A DNA stretch of 64,000 nucleotides from Vermamoeba vermiformis (lineage: Eukaryota). Where the stretch lies: NCBI GenBank assembly GCA_045837725.1, contig JBEWZL010000220.1, forward strand, positions 124,001 to 188,000, given 5' to 3'. The notes beneath the pieces were generated by a model that ran no database searches, had not been told where the DNA came from, and saw only the letters and a program-made list of their open reading frames with translations. The translations under genes were made by a program, and so were the position numbers. Positions 1 through 12,594 of this stretch are shown one piece after another. Within the stretch, counting starts at the first letter, position 1; each line of letters starts with the position of its first letter.

Positions 1-547
1 GCCATTCTTAAGCATGACATTGACGAGTGCTGCTGGACCGTGGCATAATGCACCGACGACTCCGCCTTTCTCGTAGATTTTTGCGGCCAGCTCACGAGAT
101 GCAGCATTATCAACAAGATCCCACCTTTCAATTGATTAGAACATCGGATATTATAATTTCCATTTTCTTACATTGGTCCGTGGCCTCCAGCGTAGAAAAT
201 TCCATTGAATTGAGACGCGTCGATCTGATCCAAGCTGGCGGTGTTTTCCCAAAGAGCCTTAAGCGCAGGATCTTCCAAAAATCGTCGGCAAACCTCGTCT
301 TTTTTGAATTGTTCCACACTTTCAGGGTCTACTGGCGTCTTCCCACCCTGCGGACTACGAATTCATTAGCTCGTAATTGAAGGTGCATCCAGATAAATTC
401 TTACCTTGCGAATGTAATATCGAATCCGTTCTTCTTAAATACTTCGTATGGGTGCGCGACTTCGGGTAAGTACCAGCCAGTCTTTTTGCCAGAGTCTCCG
501 AGTTGATCGTGAGAAGTCAAAACGAGTAAAACTTTTTTATGCGCCAT
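1..547 (-). CDS. DJ-1/PfpI (Hsp31-like, glyoxalase III) family protein; spliced, 3' end outside window
   Basis: Manual translation: MAHKKVLLVLTSHDQLGDSGKKTGWYLPEVAHPY...GIFYAGGHGPM|WDLVD...GGVVGALCHGPAALVNV. Glu, GGHG and CHG motifs are typical of Hsp31. Two short GT-AG introns. Confidence 0.9.
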
Positions 548-825
548 TGTGTTGTAGGTATTAAATGTTTGTAAAAAATGATAGTAAATAGCAAGAGAAT
601 GATTTTTATGTCATTAAGTTATCGGAACACGGTCAAATACGCGTGAATAACGAAGAATTTTCGCTCAAAACACATCCACACGCTCGTGATTTTGTTGACT
701 TGCAACAAATATAAATGAATATTTAGGGAATTTGACGAGTCCCGAATTTCAAAAAAGTGAGCGAATGGAACGAAGAATTTCATTTATTTTGCGATGAAAA
801 GTATTTCGTCATAATTACCGCTTAT

Positions 826-3800
826 TTAGTGGCTTTCGGCGGGTTTTTCCTCTTTAGGAGCCTCTACTACAGGAGCAGGGGCGAAGTAAGAAGACAAGGG
901 CAAGATAGTGTGGACCTTTTCTTTAAACTCTTGCGCTTGTTTCTCGCCGAACTTGGATGCGATGAACTTGTGCACCTTAACCAAATCCTACAACGAAAAT
1001 ACATTAGTACGTCTTACGTCTTCAAGAATATAAGTTCATTAAGGTACCTTAATGTTGGCATAAGAAGCGCCAGTGAGATCGGTCAACAAGCTCAAAACTT
1101 TGTCTTTTTGGCTAGCTTGGAATTGCCAAATCATTTCAGCAGCTTTAATAATGCAATGTTAACAATTAATTTGGACTCATAAAATTAATAATTAAGCTCA
1201 GAATGGTGGATCTGGATAGCACGTACCAGCAACCCGCTTGGCGAGATCAGCTTTGTTGGCAGCCAAGTAATCATCATTAGCCTTGTTAGACTCAGCCTCG
1301 GTGCTCAAGTGATAGACCTCTTGGTTCTCAAGCTCGAACACTTTACGAGCAGTTTCAGACAGATCTGAGGGGTTGGTTCGGACTAGATAAGTACAATTAG
1401 TAACGATTCAGTAAGCGTGATACGACTATACATACCAGCAGTGAACAAGCGGATCTTGTTGGCATGAACAGTACCGTGAGTAGCGCCCAACAATTGCTCC
1501 AACTTCTTGAGAGATCTCAAGGCGAGCAAGTATTTCTCTGTTCGCGTGTAAGTACCGCAGCTATGAATGTTATTATATTACTTACTCATGCGAAGGTAGA
1601 CCTCGAAGGCAACAATGTGGGTCTTGACTTTTTGAGGTGACAAAGTGACCAATTGTTTCACGTACTTGTGCGCCTTGGCCAAAGGATTTTTCACCTGTCC
1701 AAAAGTGTCAGATTCCGTTGATTAAATACCACTTAGTGTCATATTTTACTTACGTTTTCCAGGGCCTTGCCCTCTGGATCAGGGTCGTAGATCTTAGCCC
1801 AACGCTTGCCACCGATTTGTTTGTACTTCTCACGGTCAGCTTTAGCCTTGGCACGTGCCTCTTTCTCAGCACGGCGTTGGTTCTTTCGCTTCCTGGCCAA
1901 AGCACGCTTCTTCTCGTCTTCAGGGAGACCAGCTGATTAAAATTAGAAGTGTGCTCGTGAATTGAATGACCGCAAGGCTTACCAAACTCAGGATCTTCCT
2001 CTTCAGAGGGCTTGTCGTGAAGAGCCAAGTAGACCTCAACCATGGTGCAGGCAGCCTTGAAGTAGTACTCGTGACCGAACAATTTGTCTTCCATGGTGAG
2101 CATAGCGGCGTACGAGCGAAGAGTCATCTTGCGCAAGCAGTAGCCGTGGAAGTCGTATTGATCGTCAGTGATGTCCAAGTAGTGCTGAAAGTAATCCAAT
2201 TAGCTACAAGTATGACGTAACAACGAGTACACTTACACGTTCAATGGAGTTCAATCTCTTCAAGGCACGACCGTAGTTGCCAGATCTGATGTGACTCTCA
2301 GCCTCTTCTTGTTCGTACCACGAGACTTGCATGTCGAGCACGTTGTTTTGATAGACGTCAACTTCACGCTTGGTCTTGGTGAAGGGGCTGATAGTCTTCT
2401 CGGCGTCAGGAATGCGATCAGCACGCAACAAGAAGCGAGTGCACTTGGTGTTCAAGTATCTGTCAGCCAAGTCCATTGAGCGGGCCTGATCCATCAATTT
2501 AGCAGCCTCTTGAGGATTGCCAGCAGTTTGGTAGATGCAAGCCTTGTAGATGTACAAGTCAATGACGGTGGGAGTGTGAGCAATAGCCTTCTCGATGTAC
2601 TCGAGGGCCTTGGTCGGGTCCACCAAACGGTTGAAGTGTTGAGCCAAGAAGACGTAGACCCACAACAAAGACGAAGGAGGCTCCTCCAATGATTCGTTAT
2701 CATATTTGCCGGTCTTCTCCAAGCTCTCAGCGAAGCTCAAGAAGACTTGTTCAATCCACTGGACGCGATCAGTGTTGTCGTACAAGTGCTTCAAGGTGTT
2801 GAACAATGAAGGCTCGCCCTTGGTGATCTTAGGCTTGACGTAAGCAGTCAAGTTTTGCTTGAATTCGTCACCTTGCAAGAACTCCAACGGCAATTGAACG
2901 CACGCGAGACTCTTGGGGAATTGAGACTTGAGCTCAGTGTAGAGCTTAGTCAGGCCTGACACTTGCTCAGCGGTCAATTTAGCGCCTAACATATGAAGCA
3001 TTAATGCGTGTAAATAATGAATGAAATAATTCAAAATTAACAAATGATTTGCTAGATCAGAGTAACTATGACATTTTTACATCTCCCATAGTATTCGAGT
3101 GTAGGTTTAGGTTCTTCATTTCAAGTCAAGGTTCTATTACATAAAAAAAAAATATTTAAATCACTTACCAGGAGCAGCAGTCAATTTGAGAGCGGCTTGA
3201 AGAGCTCTGTGGTACTTCAAGTTCTCAATATTCAATCTGAGCAACTCTCTGTACAACTCAGCAGCGGCGCTGTAGTCTTCCAACTTCAATAACAAAGAAG
3301 CTATAATATGTTTGGTTAGTACGTGCGCAACTAGATCTATCGCATCCTGCAGATCTAACCTCGTTTTTCCTTCCAGCCAGTCTTGTCCAAGATTCTAGCC
3401 TTTTGATCGTCCAAGAAGGTCAAAGCTCTCTTGTAATCACCGCTCTCTTCGAGCACATTGACGTGATACATTTGGATCTCGCTCATCTCAAAGTCGGGTT
3501 CTTCGTCTTTCTGTTGAATAATAAACGGTCATTAGTGAGGTTCAAATAGATAATTATATCGTATTAATATACAAGGCCGACGAGCCCTATCATATTATTA
3601 TAGTGAGAATACTTACAGAAATGAAGTATTGGTTGTAAATGTTCAAAATGCCAGCAGCACGCAAGTGATCGTTCTTCAAGTGCGCGGCAACAGCAGCAGC
3701 AATCCAGTTGTTGCGCTGATTAGACTTGAGTGCCAACAATTGGAAGCGAGTTTGCATCAAGCCGTTGAAGTCACGCAATTGAGCTTGAGCCATGGCCAAG

Positions 3801-4668
3801 TCTCGCAAAATTTGTTGGTTTTCCTAAACGTAGAGTCGGCTTAATACTTGCATAACATGATCCATAATATCCCGATATTACCTTATCGAATCTGATAGCA
3901 TTCTTGAAGCAAACAGTGGCTTCAGCGTAGTTGCGATCAGTTCTGTGGAGGATGCCCAACACGTGCCAAGCTAACGATAAAAGCGTTATTATGGATATTA
4001 CCAAGATATTATAACAAAATAAATGCAATTTTTGAGCTTAAGTTAATAACTTTGGCTTTAAAGGACACTTACTGACGTGACTGGTCAGATCGTAACGGAC
4101 ACCCTTGCGAGCATTAACATAAGCTTCTTGCTTACGGTCCATGCTGTTAAGAATGAGACCCTTCATGGCCAAGGTTTCTATCGTTAACGTTAGTAATTGA
4201 CCCGATCTACAACAATGAATGGGCGCAGATCCAGATTTCGGCTTACTTGAGCAGAGAAAATAATATTTTCTCGTGCACTCGATATAATTATGCATCAATG
4301 ATATTATTAAAGTGTTCATACGTACCTCCACTGTTGGGAGTCTTCTTGAGGGTTTGATCGCATACTTTCAAGCCTCGCTTGTATTGTTTGTTTTCGTAGT
4401 ATTTCTGTGCATAATAGATATATTATTAATTACGTGCATTTAATAAAAATAACAGAATTGGTGCTAATTAACGTAACCAAAAAAAATATCTGATAATTAT
4501 GGATGCAGTTTCTACGTGCTCATTTCAACTCAAAAAAGGCACATATGTGGCAAATAGATTAATAATATTAATAAATTAATTATAGAAAATTATTGGGAAT
4601 TGCGACACTCGACAACTCACCAAGATGGAGCGGATTTGACTGTTTTCCTTGGGCTGTTGCTTCTGCAT
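826..4668 (-). CDS. NAA15: NatA N-terminal acetyltransferase auxiliary subunit (TPR protein), multi-exon
   Basis: Exons give YYENKQYKRGLKYAD, TLAMKGLILN, WHVLGILHR, AIAHTPTVIDLY, DLADRYLNTKC, DMQVSWY and DDQYDFHGYCLRKMTLRSY, hallmark NAA15/Nat1 segments. Confidence 0.95.
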
Positions 4669-4878
4669 TTTAATACTGTTTTGTATATAGCTGTATTAAT
4701 TATAGACCAATGAACTGTGTCGCTCCAGCTGAAAATAGAAAAACAATGGGCGACTAAATATTTTTCAACAACTACTACATCCAGAAGAACACAAAACGCA
4801 ATGTATGCATCAATATTAACTGATGATATTATAGTAATACAATATGTGCTGAGATAATTATCAGCTTGAAGCAATATT

Positions 4879-6057
4879 ATGTCAGCGGACGTTAGTCGGA
4901 TTATTTAGATGAAGCTTCAACGTGGCTGCAGAATACTAATAATAATTTTAATAAATAGGGCCGATACTACAAAGCCTCAAGAACAACCCACTGAAAAGAA
5001 AGCAGCTACTAAAGTCACTTTTAAAATTACTTTGACTTCTGATCCCCGCTTGCCTTACAGAGTGTAAGTACGATGATATTGTAGCATGCTCCTATTTGTT
5101 GTAATTATACATCCCATATTTGGCTCTTCTAAATTGGTGCTTAGCATTGTAATTTCAAAATTTCTGATCGAATACTCGGGACTGTTCTAGATGCCGTTCG
5201 ATTGGCCTTGAATGTTCGAGATAACGACCAAAACAAACCGTATATATTTCTAGACCGAATATGTGACATTTTGTTCTATGGTCTTCTGGATCATTCGATT
5301 CAATCTCGATCGAACAGTCTGGATGCTATTTCGAGCTCTAGAACAAATTACGTATTCTGGAAATTCGTTCTATAACGTCTAATTTTGTCATCGAACGTTC
5401 CACGGGCGTTGCGAAGTTCATCGAAGAGTCCCGAATATTCTTCCTATTTTAGCGCGAGGCAGATTTGGTTCCCGAAAGAACCTTCGCCTTCTTTGACGTG
5501 CAATCTTCGCTTTCTATGAAGAAGAACATTCTTTGTACCAAAAAGAACATTCTTCGAGCGCTAAAGGAGATCGCAGCTCAAAGAATGTTCGGCGGGATCA
5601 AAGAACCTTCACCGACGATTCTTTGATATAAATAGACCGAAGAAGAATATTCTTTGATCACTTAAAGAAACTTCTTCACTAATAATAGGCCGAAGCTGAA
5701 AGAACATTCGGATCCGAGCTTCGAGCAATTCTTTTTTTAATTTAATTTATTTTTGGCTCTTGAACTCTTGATGTAATGCACCACTAAATTTACTATCCAT
5801 AGTGTCGGTGTGCCCGATAATACACCGTTCACAGCAGTATTGAAGTTTGCTGCTGAAGAGGTACGCCCAGTAACGTTTATCATTGGATGTACTAACGCAT
5901 CGATTTATTATAACAGTTCAAAGTACCTCCAGCTAGCAGTGCTATTATTACTAACGATGGTGTTGGTATTAACCCTCAACAAACAGCCGGTGCAGTGTTT
6001 TTGAAGCACGGCAGTGAACTTCGATTGATTCCTCGTGATCGCGTCGGCCATTTGTAA
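4879..6057 (+). CDS. UFM1: Ubiquitin-fold modifier 1, four exons
   Basis: [83 protein letters not shown]. The start codon is probably split AT|G by an intron at 4881-4958. Confidence 0.97.
5210..5709. promoter_or_regulatory. Cluster of GAAnnTTC (heat-shock-element-like) palindromes in UFM1 intron 2
   Basis: 11 GAAnnTTC (5210, 5393, 5433, 5478, 5524, 5545, 5583, 5603, 5645, 5667, 5702) and 2 TTCnnGAA (5355, 5469) counted by eye. Confidence 0.6.
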
Positions 6058-6218
6058 TCTTTATTTAAATTCGAACATTTTCCTGACTTCGCGTCATATT
6101 AATATGTTTAGAGCACTTAACTGACTTGGGGTTAGAATTCAACTTCGTCTAACGGAAGTACAGTCGAGATCAATTTAATTTTTCTATTGCCAAAAAACAG
6201 TGAACGGTGTTACAGTTG

Positions 6219-7855
6219 TCACTTTTTCTTCTTGGCATTTTTAGCGTTGCAATCACAAGGACAGCCGTGCTCGTGCAAGTATTGCTTGATGTCTCGATCT
6301 GGGCACTCCACACACGCAGCTTTGTCCCAAGGACCTAACATAACGATTAATATTGTATCGATTGAATGTGACGCTACTTACATCCGTTCTCAACGAGATA
6401 TTTCAAGCACTCAAATTTCGGCGGGTCTTTTGCAGCCTTCACCAAGCTCACAGAGTCCCACGGACAGCCGTTCTCGTGCATGTATTTCAAGCTATCAACA
6501 GCGTTGTAATGCACTGCAAATTCAGGAGTACTTTCGTCCCATGTGGCTCCCTTCTCGTGCACGTACTTCAAGCAGGCGAGGTCATGTGCTGCTTGGTTGC
6601 ATATGTCCTCAGACCACTCGGCACCGTGCTCGTGCGCGTACTTGAGGCACTTGATGGCCCCGCTCTCTGCTGCAGCCTCACACGGATTATTGTCCCATGG
6701 TGCACCGTGTTCATGCGCGTATTGATAGCACTCTACTGCGTCCTTTTCTGCGGCTTTATACCACCGCATCTCTTCAGGCCACAAACCTAGAAAAAGAATG
6801 CAGGTCAGATGACGTTAAACTTCCAAAAAAGGAAATATTGACGTACCAAAGTGTTCGTGGAGGAATTTCAAACAATCGAGGTGGCCCATCGCAGCGCCGA
6901 TGTTTTCCCATTCAGCCACTGCACCGTTCTCCAGGACGTACTTGAGGCACTCTAAATTTCCTCCCTCGGCGCAGGATTCAACGATGAGTGCGTTCCATAC
7001 ACCGCCATTCTCGTGATAATATTGCAGCAGTTCGAAGTGCCCATTCTTTGCCGCAGCGTTGCCTGTTCTAGCGTCCCAATTGAACCTAAGATCTTCGTGC
7101 AGATATTTCAGGCACTCTAAACTGCCACTCTCCGCTGCATTTGCGCACACGTGCAGTTGACGCCATTTTGAGGCGTTGGTCTTGTTGCGCAGGTACTTCA
7201 AACACTTGATGCTGCCTTTCGCCGCAATTTCGTTCGCTGTTTCCAAGAATTGTTTGACAACGGCACCGACCTGCTTGTGTGCATACTTGAGCATATCTAC
7301 ATCATCTTTTTGGACGATCTGCCCGAAAGTCACCATATTGATCCATTGCAACCCTTTAAGTTCTTCAATGCAATATTTGGCAATAAAATTGTGTCCATTT
7401 CTAACAGCTGCACCGACTGTATATGGATGTACACGAATACCGTTCTCAACTACGTATTTGAGGCAAGAAAAATAGCCTCGATCTGCGAGAATAACGGTGA
7501 GCTGATGATATTTGGATTCTTTTTCGTTGACGCGCTTCAAGTATTGCTTGCATAAATTGTTCAATGTCTTTGATGCTATACGAAGAAACTCTAATTGATA
7601 ATTGCGGGGTTGCCTGCTGAATTCGTTGGTGAAGTACATCGTGTCATCGAAGCTGTCAAAAATTGCCTCCCATAGCTCTCTTGGAAGTGTCTCCCATGGA
7701 CTTAACTTTATATAATAATGAAGCCAGTTAATTAGGTATTTTCATTTAGCGCTTGCATACATCAGAAAATTCGGGTAGGCCTGGATCTGACAACTATTCA
7801 AAAAAATGTGGTTAAACTCTAAAATTAACAACAATTGTCCGATAAATACCTTCAT
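6219..7855 (-). CDS. F-box-like + ankyrin-repeat protein, spliced
   Basis: N-terminal WETLPRELWEAIF, then repeated AAxxGxLECLKYxHExGxxW ankyrin units. Tiny 5' exons are inferred. Confidence 0.8.
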
Positions 7856-8115
7856 CTTTTTGGCATTTTTTGGCACTTTTTGCGCTATTTTTCTCTTTCG
7901 TCCGCTTGAATATGAATTAGTAAACGTCGTTGCATCACAAGATACCAGTGTTTATCAAATACCTCATTGTTTGATGAGTCTTTCTTGTTTGTTGTTTCAA
8001 ACTAATGACATTTTAATAAATGACAAACAAAGGACAAAGAGCGGGCTGGTTGTAGACCGAAGCCTATTTTAGCGAGGATATCATAGTCCTCAGGGCTTCG
8101 ATTGTTGCTTATCTA

Positions 8116-11100
8116 TCAACAGACGCTATTGCCAGTGCAAAGTAGAGGGTTGGTGCAGGAACAAAATGAACCTGCGCGAAGAGTATTTGCACCAAAGAGA
8201 ACCAAGTAAGCATTCGTTTATGAAGCTATTATTTATTCTAGCCAACGAGAGTAATTACACTTGTCCTTACTTGTCGTCTTTTTCTTCTTCGTTGTGAAGC
8301 GACACTTGCGCATCCGTCAGATCACGCTTCATGTCTGATGTTCATTGTTAACAAGGACTGTTTGCATATGCGAATATACGATGCTACTTACGGTGAACGC
8401 TGCAATCTACACCAGTCCAGCCTGAATTGCACGAACAATGACCGGTGGAATGGTCACAACGGCCGTGCGTCGAGCAGTTTCGCGGACATTCGTACATGTG
8501 TTGCGAGCAATCAGCGCCGCGGTAGCCGGGATAACACATGCACACGTGGTTAGGCGCGCAGTAGCCGTGGCCTGAGCAGTTGTTGGGGCAAGTTTGGACC
8601 GGGATATTGCACGCTGGACCAGTCCAACCTAACCACATCCGGGTCAAAAAAACAATTTTCTAAGTTCCGTTATTACTATAACGTACCTGGATTGCAATAA
8701 CATGAACCAGTGTTCATGCACCAACCATTGTTGCTGCAGTTTTTGGGACATTCAACGACGTGTGAACAGTCTTTGCCTGTGAACAATCCATAGCACGAGC
8801 AAGTGCCATTGAAGTTGCACCAACCATTGCCTGAACAGTTGCGCGGGCAAGGCAGGCCCTTCACGCTACAATCATCGCCGAACCAACCTATACAATCCTC
8901 GGTTAGATTAAGTCTCAAAAAGGAAGTCGTATCCTACCGTTGTCACACGTGCAATAGCCTGAATAGCACGTGCCGTGACCACTGCAATTTCTCGGGCAAG
9001 GCACTGGATCTTGGCACAAGTGTCCTTGCCAGCCTAAATGACATCGTATTAGCACCTAACTAACGTGCTGAAAACAAGTGTGACGCACCAAAATTACACG
9101 TGCAAGTGTTGTTTGACGGATTGCAGTAGCCGTTAGCGCAAGGAGGATTGCAAGGCGTGTAGCTGCAGTCACTGCCTGACCAGCCCCAGTTGCAAATACA
9201 TTGACCGAATGAACAGTAACCATTGCCACTGCAGTTGTTGTGACAAGAAGTGCCGTTGTTGACAATGCTGCAGTCGTAGCCAGTCCATCCCATATTGCAG
9301 CTGCACGTGCCATTGTTGCACCAACCATTGTTGTTACAGTTATTGGGGCAGCTGTTGATAGTGTTGACACTGCAGTCGTAGCCAGTCCAGCCCATGTTGC
9401 AGTTGCATGTGCCATTGTAGCACCAACCATTGTTATTGCAGTTGTTGGGGCAAGAAGTGCCATTGTTGGCGACACTGCAGTCGTAGCCAACCCAACCTGA
9501 GTAGCACTGACACGTGCCATTGTTGCACCAGCCATTGCCATAGCAGTTATTGGGACAGCCATTGACCGAGTTGATACTGCAGTCATAACCACTCCAAGGC
9601 CAGTTGCACTGACATTGACCATTGTTGCACCAACCGTGACCACTGCAGTTGTTCGGGCACGAGTACGTGTTGTTGCTGATGCTGCAATCGTAGCCACTCC
9701 AACCCTGGTAACATTGACATGTGCCATTGTAGCACCAGCCATTGTTACTGCAGTTGTTCAGGCACACATTCGTACGGATACCGCAGTCGTAGCCAATCCA
9801 GCCAGGATAGCATTGACACGTGCCATTGTTGCACCAACCGTTGTTATTGCAATTGTTCGGACAGCTGTTCATCGTGTTGACACTGCAGTCGTAGCCAGTC
9901 CAAGGCCAGTTGCACTGACATTGACCGTTGTTGCACCATCCATGGCCACTGCAGTTATTTGGGCACGAGTACGTGTTGTTGTTGACACTGCAGTCATAAC
10001 CAGTCCAGCCAGCGTAGCATTGGCAGTATCCGTTGTTGCACCAACCGTGACTATTGCAGTTATTCGGGCATGAGTACGTGTTGTTGACAACGCTGCAGTC
10101 GTAACCAGTCCAGCCCATGTTGCAGTTGCACGTGCCATTGTAGCACCAACCATTGTTATTGCAGTTGTTGGGGCAAGAAGTGCCATTGTTGGCGACACTG
10201 CAATCGTAGCCAGTCCAACCTGAGTAGCACTGACACGTGCCATTGTTGCACCAGCCATTGCCATTGCAGTTATTGGGGCAGCCATTGATGGAGTTGACAC
10301 TGCAATCATAACCACTCCAAGGCCAGTTGCACTGACATTGACCATTATTGCACCACCCATGACCACTGCAGTTGTTCGGGCACGAGTACGTGTTATTGCT
10401 GATGCTGCAGTCGTAGCCAGTCCATCCATTGTAGCACACGCAGTATCCGTTGTTGCACCAGCCATTGTTGTTGCAGCTATTGGGACAGCTTGTTCCGTTG
10501 CGTTGGTTGCAGTCGTAGCCAGTCCAGCCCGAGTAGCACTGACAAACACCGTTGTTGCACCAGCCGTTGTTGTTGCAGTTGTTGGGACAGGCAGTGCTAT
10601 TCAAGCTGCAGTCGTATCCGTGCCACGGGTAGTAACATTGACAATTGCCGTTCAAGCAGTAGCCCTTGGGACTATTGCAGTTGTTGGGGCAAGTCGTGTT
10701 CGGGTTTGTAGTGTTCATGGAGTGGCCACTGCAGTCAATGCCAGTCCAGCCTTGATCGCACAAGCAAGTGCTGTTGAATACGGTTAATTTTTGGATCACA
10801 AAAAGAAGCCAAAAAACAACGTACCCGTGGATGCAAACACCACGACCAGAGCAACCGTTAGGACACTCAATCTCGTACACGAAGGTCAAATTTCTCGTGG
10901 TAAAATCAACGCTGTTCGGCGTCACTGACACGCTGATGTTCTGTTGTCCGTGATAGGATTGAGCAACGCTGCGGCACACGATGGATCTGGAGTCAACAAA
11001 AGTAGCCTGGCTGTATTGAGTACCTAACGAGCGGTTAAATGATGTCGGCTAATATGACTATATATCGTACCAAAATAGCACGCAAGACTAGGGCTCGGAG

Positions 11101-12274
11101 TGAAGCCAGAGCCAAACACACGGACAGCAGTACCTGTACCTTTTGTTAGTGATTGCTTTCTTAGAATGTGTAAAATCGTTCACTGAATACTGACCTCCGC
11201 TAGTAGGTCCCGAGCTTGGTTCAATTCTATCTAGGCGAACACAAAGCTTGACTACCAACGATTGTTGGATCGAATCCAAACGACCGAATCCGCTAGCAGT
11301 CAAGTACGTGCTTGGGTCTATTTCCGATTAGAGGGTTTAGTACTCGCTATTTATAACTATTTGACGTACTAGTAGAAAGAGCCGCCAAGAATTCGGAGTT
11401 GACCTCCGATCCAATCGCAACAACCACAACGTCGGTGACTGTATGGGAGGTTAATAGGGCTTCTTTTAATTCATACGAACTACATTACTTACGTTGAGTT
11501 CTTAGCGTGTTAGCAATAGAGACAGCGCCACTGTCGGTGTTCTGATCGGAGTTTGACAAAACAACAATTACGCGAGGAATTCCCTGTAGATTGACCATAA
11601 ATGTTTTGCAGGGTATTTACTTAGCATTAATTGCCACTACTTACGGGTCTAAAGTTGGTTAAAAGTTCGTTGTTGGCAAGTTGCAAACCACCTCTGAAAT
11701 CCGTTTTGCTGCTCTTCAGGAGTATCATTGCTAGACATACATTAGATATGGCAATTAAACGCATTATGGAACATACATTCAGCGGTCTCGGCAACTGCAG
11801 TGGCATTTCCACTCAGTTTGATTTCAAATCTAGCTTGATCTCCCATTTGGATGATACCAACTCGGGTTTCTAACCAAATGTATCAACAATTTTCAATTCC
11901 GTAATTAACCTTCACTTACGCCAGGTGCTTATTGAAAAGACGTGCGTCAAAGAGGTCAACCAGCCTCTTAATTGACCCCAACCTCGATCTGGAACCGCAT
12001 CGGAGCTAAATTAGACAATTGGTCAGATTATCAGTGAAAGCAATTGCACGACCACATACCCATCTACCAAAAATATCAAGTCCAAGTCGGATTTGCAAGA
12101 TGTGACATCTGAAATATCTCTTGCTTCAACTGATACAATTAACGATTAATTTAATTGTAATTATTTATCGTTATTATAATTCTTACTTTCGTGCTCGATA
12201 TCAGCTGTTACAGACAGGACCAGCAAGCACAGTCCTGTAACAAGGATCAGGACTCTTGAACGTAGGCTTTGCAT
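8116..12274 (-). CDS. Secreted vWA + IPT/TIG + ~22 tenascin-type EGF repeat protein
   Basis: Signal peptide MQSLRSRVLILVTGLCLLVLSVTA; vWA (DLDLIFLVDGSDA, RVGIIQ, PRVIVVLS); IPT (IEPSSGPTSGGTAVRVFGSGF); repeated CPNNCxxxGWCxNGxCxCxxGWxGYDC. 3' end approximate. Confidence 0.85.
9200..10700 (-). repeat. Coding tandem repeat (~100-105 bp EGF units) with a higher-order duplication
   Basis: Blocks ~9390-9700 and ~10110-10420 are highly similar at a 723 bp offset (ACTCCAAGGCCAGTTGCAC at 9591 and 10314). Confidence 0.85.
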
Positions 12275-12594
12275 TGTGCCTTGAAGTGTGTTGTTGGCAC
12301 CAACAGGCAATTGATAATTGTTTTGTTTTGTTCGTGGTCTTTTATCCTAGGCGCCAGCGAATAATTGGGAAGAACCGTAAATTCATGAAGATTGCCTTGA
12401 CATCAAATAAGTATCAATGCGCTTGTACGAACAAATAGGAGATAATTATACGCAAGAGATCATGTTACGAGACTTTATAACGTTTTGGCTTTGAGTCGTT
12501 CTCCTGGCGTAATGCCGGATCTAAACAAGGTTCTATCGGAGTAAAAGAGTGTTTAATTAACTATGTTACATATTATCTAATAAATCAGGTTGTA

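Noticed and set aside
9500-10245. TGACACGTGCCA near-matches to the iterated palindrome
   Set aside because: Explained by Gly-Thr-Cys-Gln codons in duplicated EGF repeats; excluded from the count.
9200-10700. Regularly spaced repeats as a possible CRISPR array
   Set aside because: Units are in-frame coding EGF repeats without unique spacers, in a eukaryotic context with no cas genes.
9056-10787. Long Thr/Ala/Val-rich ORFs on alternative frames and strands
   Set aside because: Shadows of the Cys/Asn-rich EGF repeat codons.
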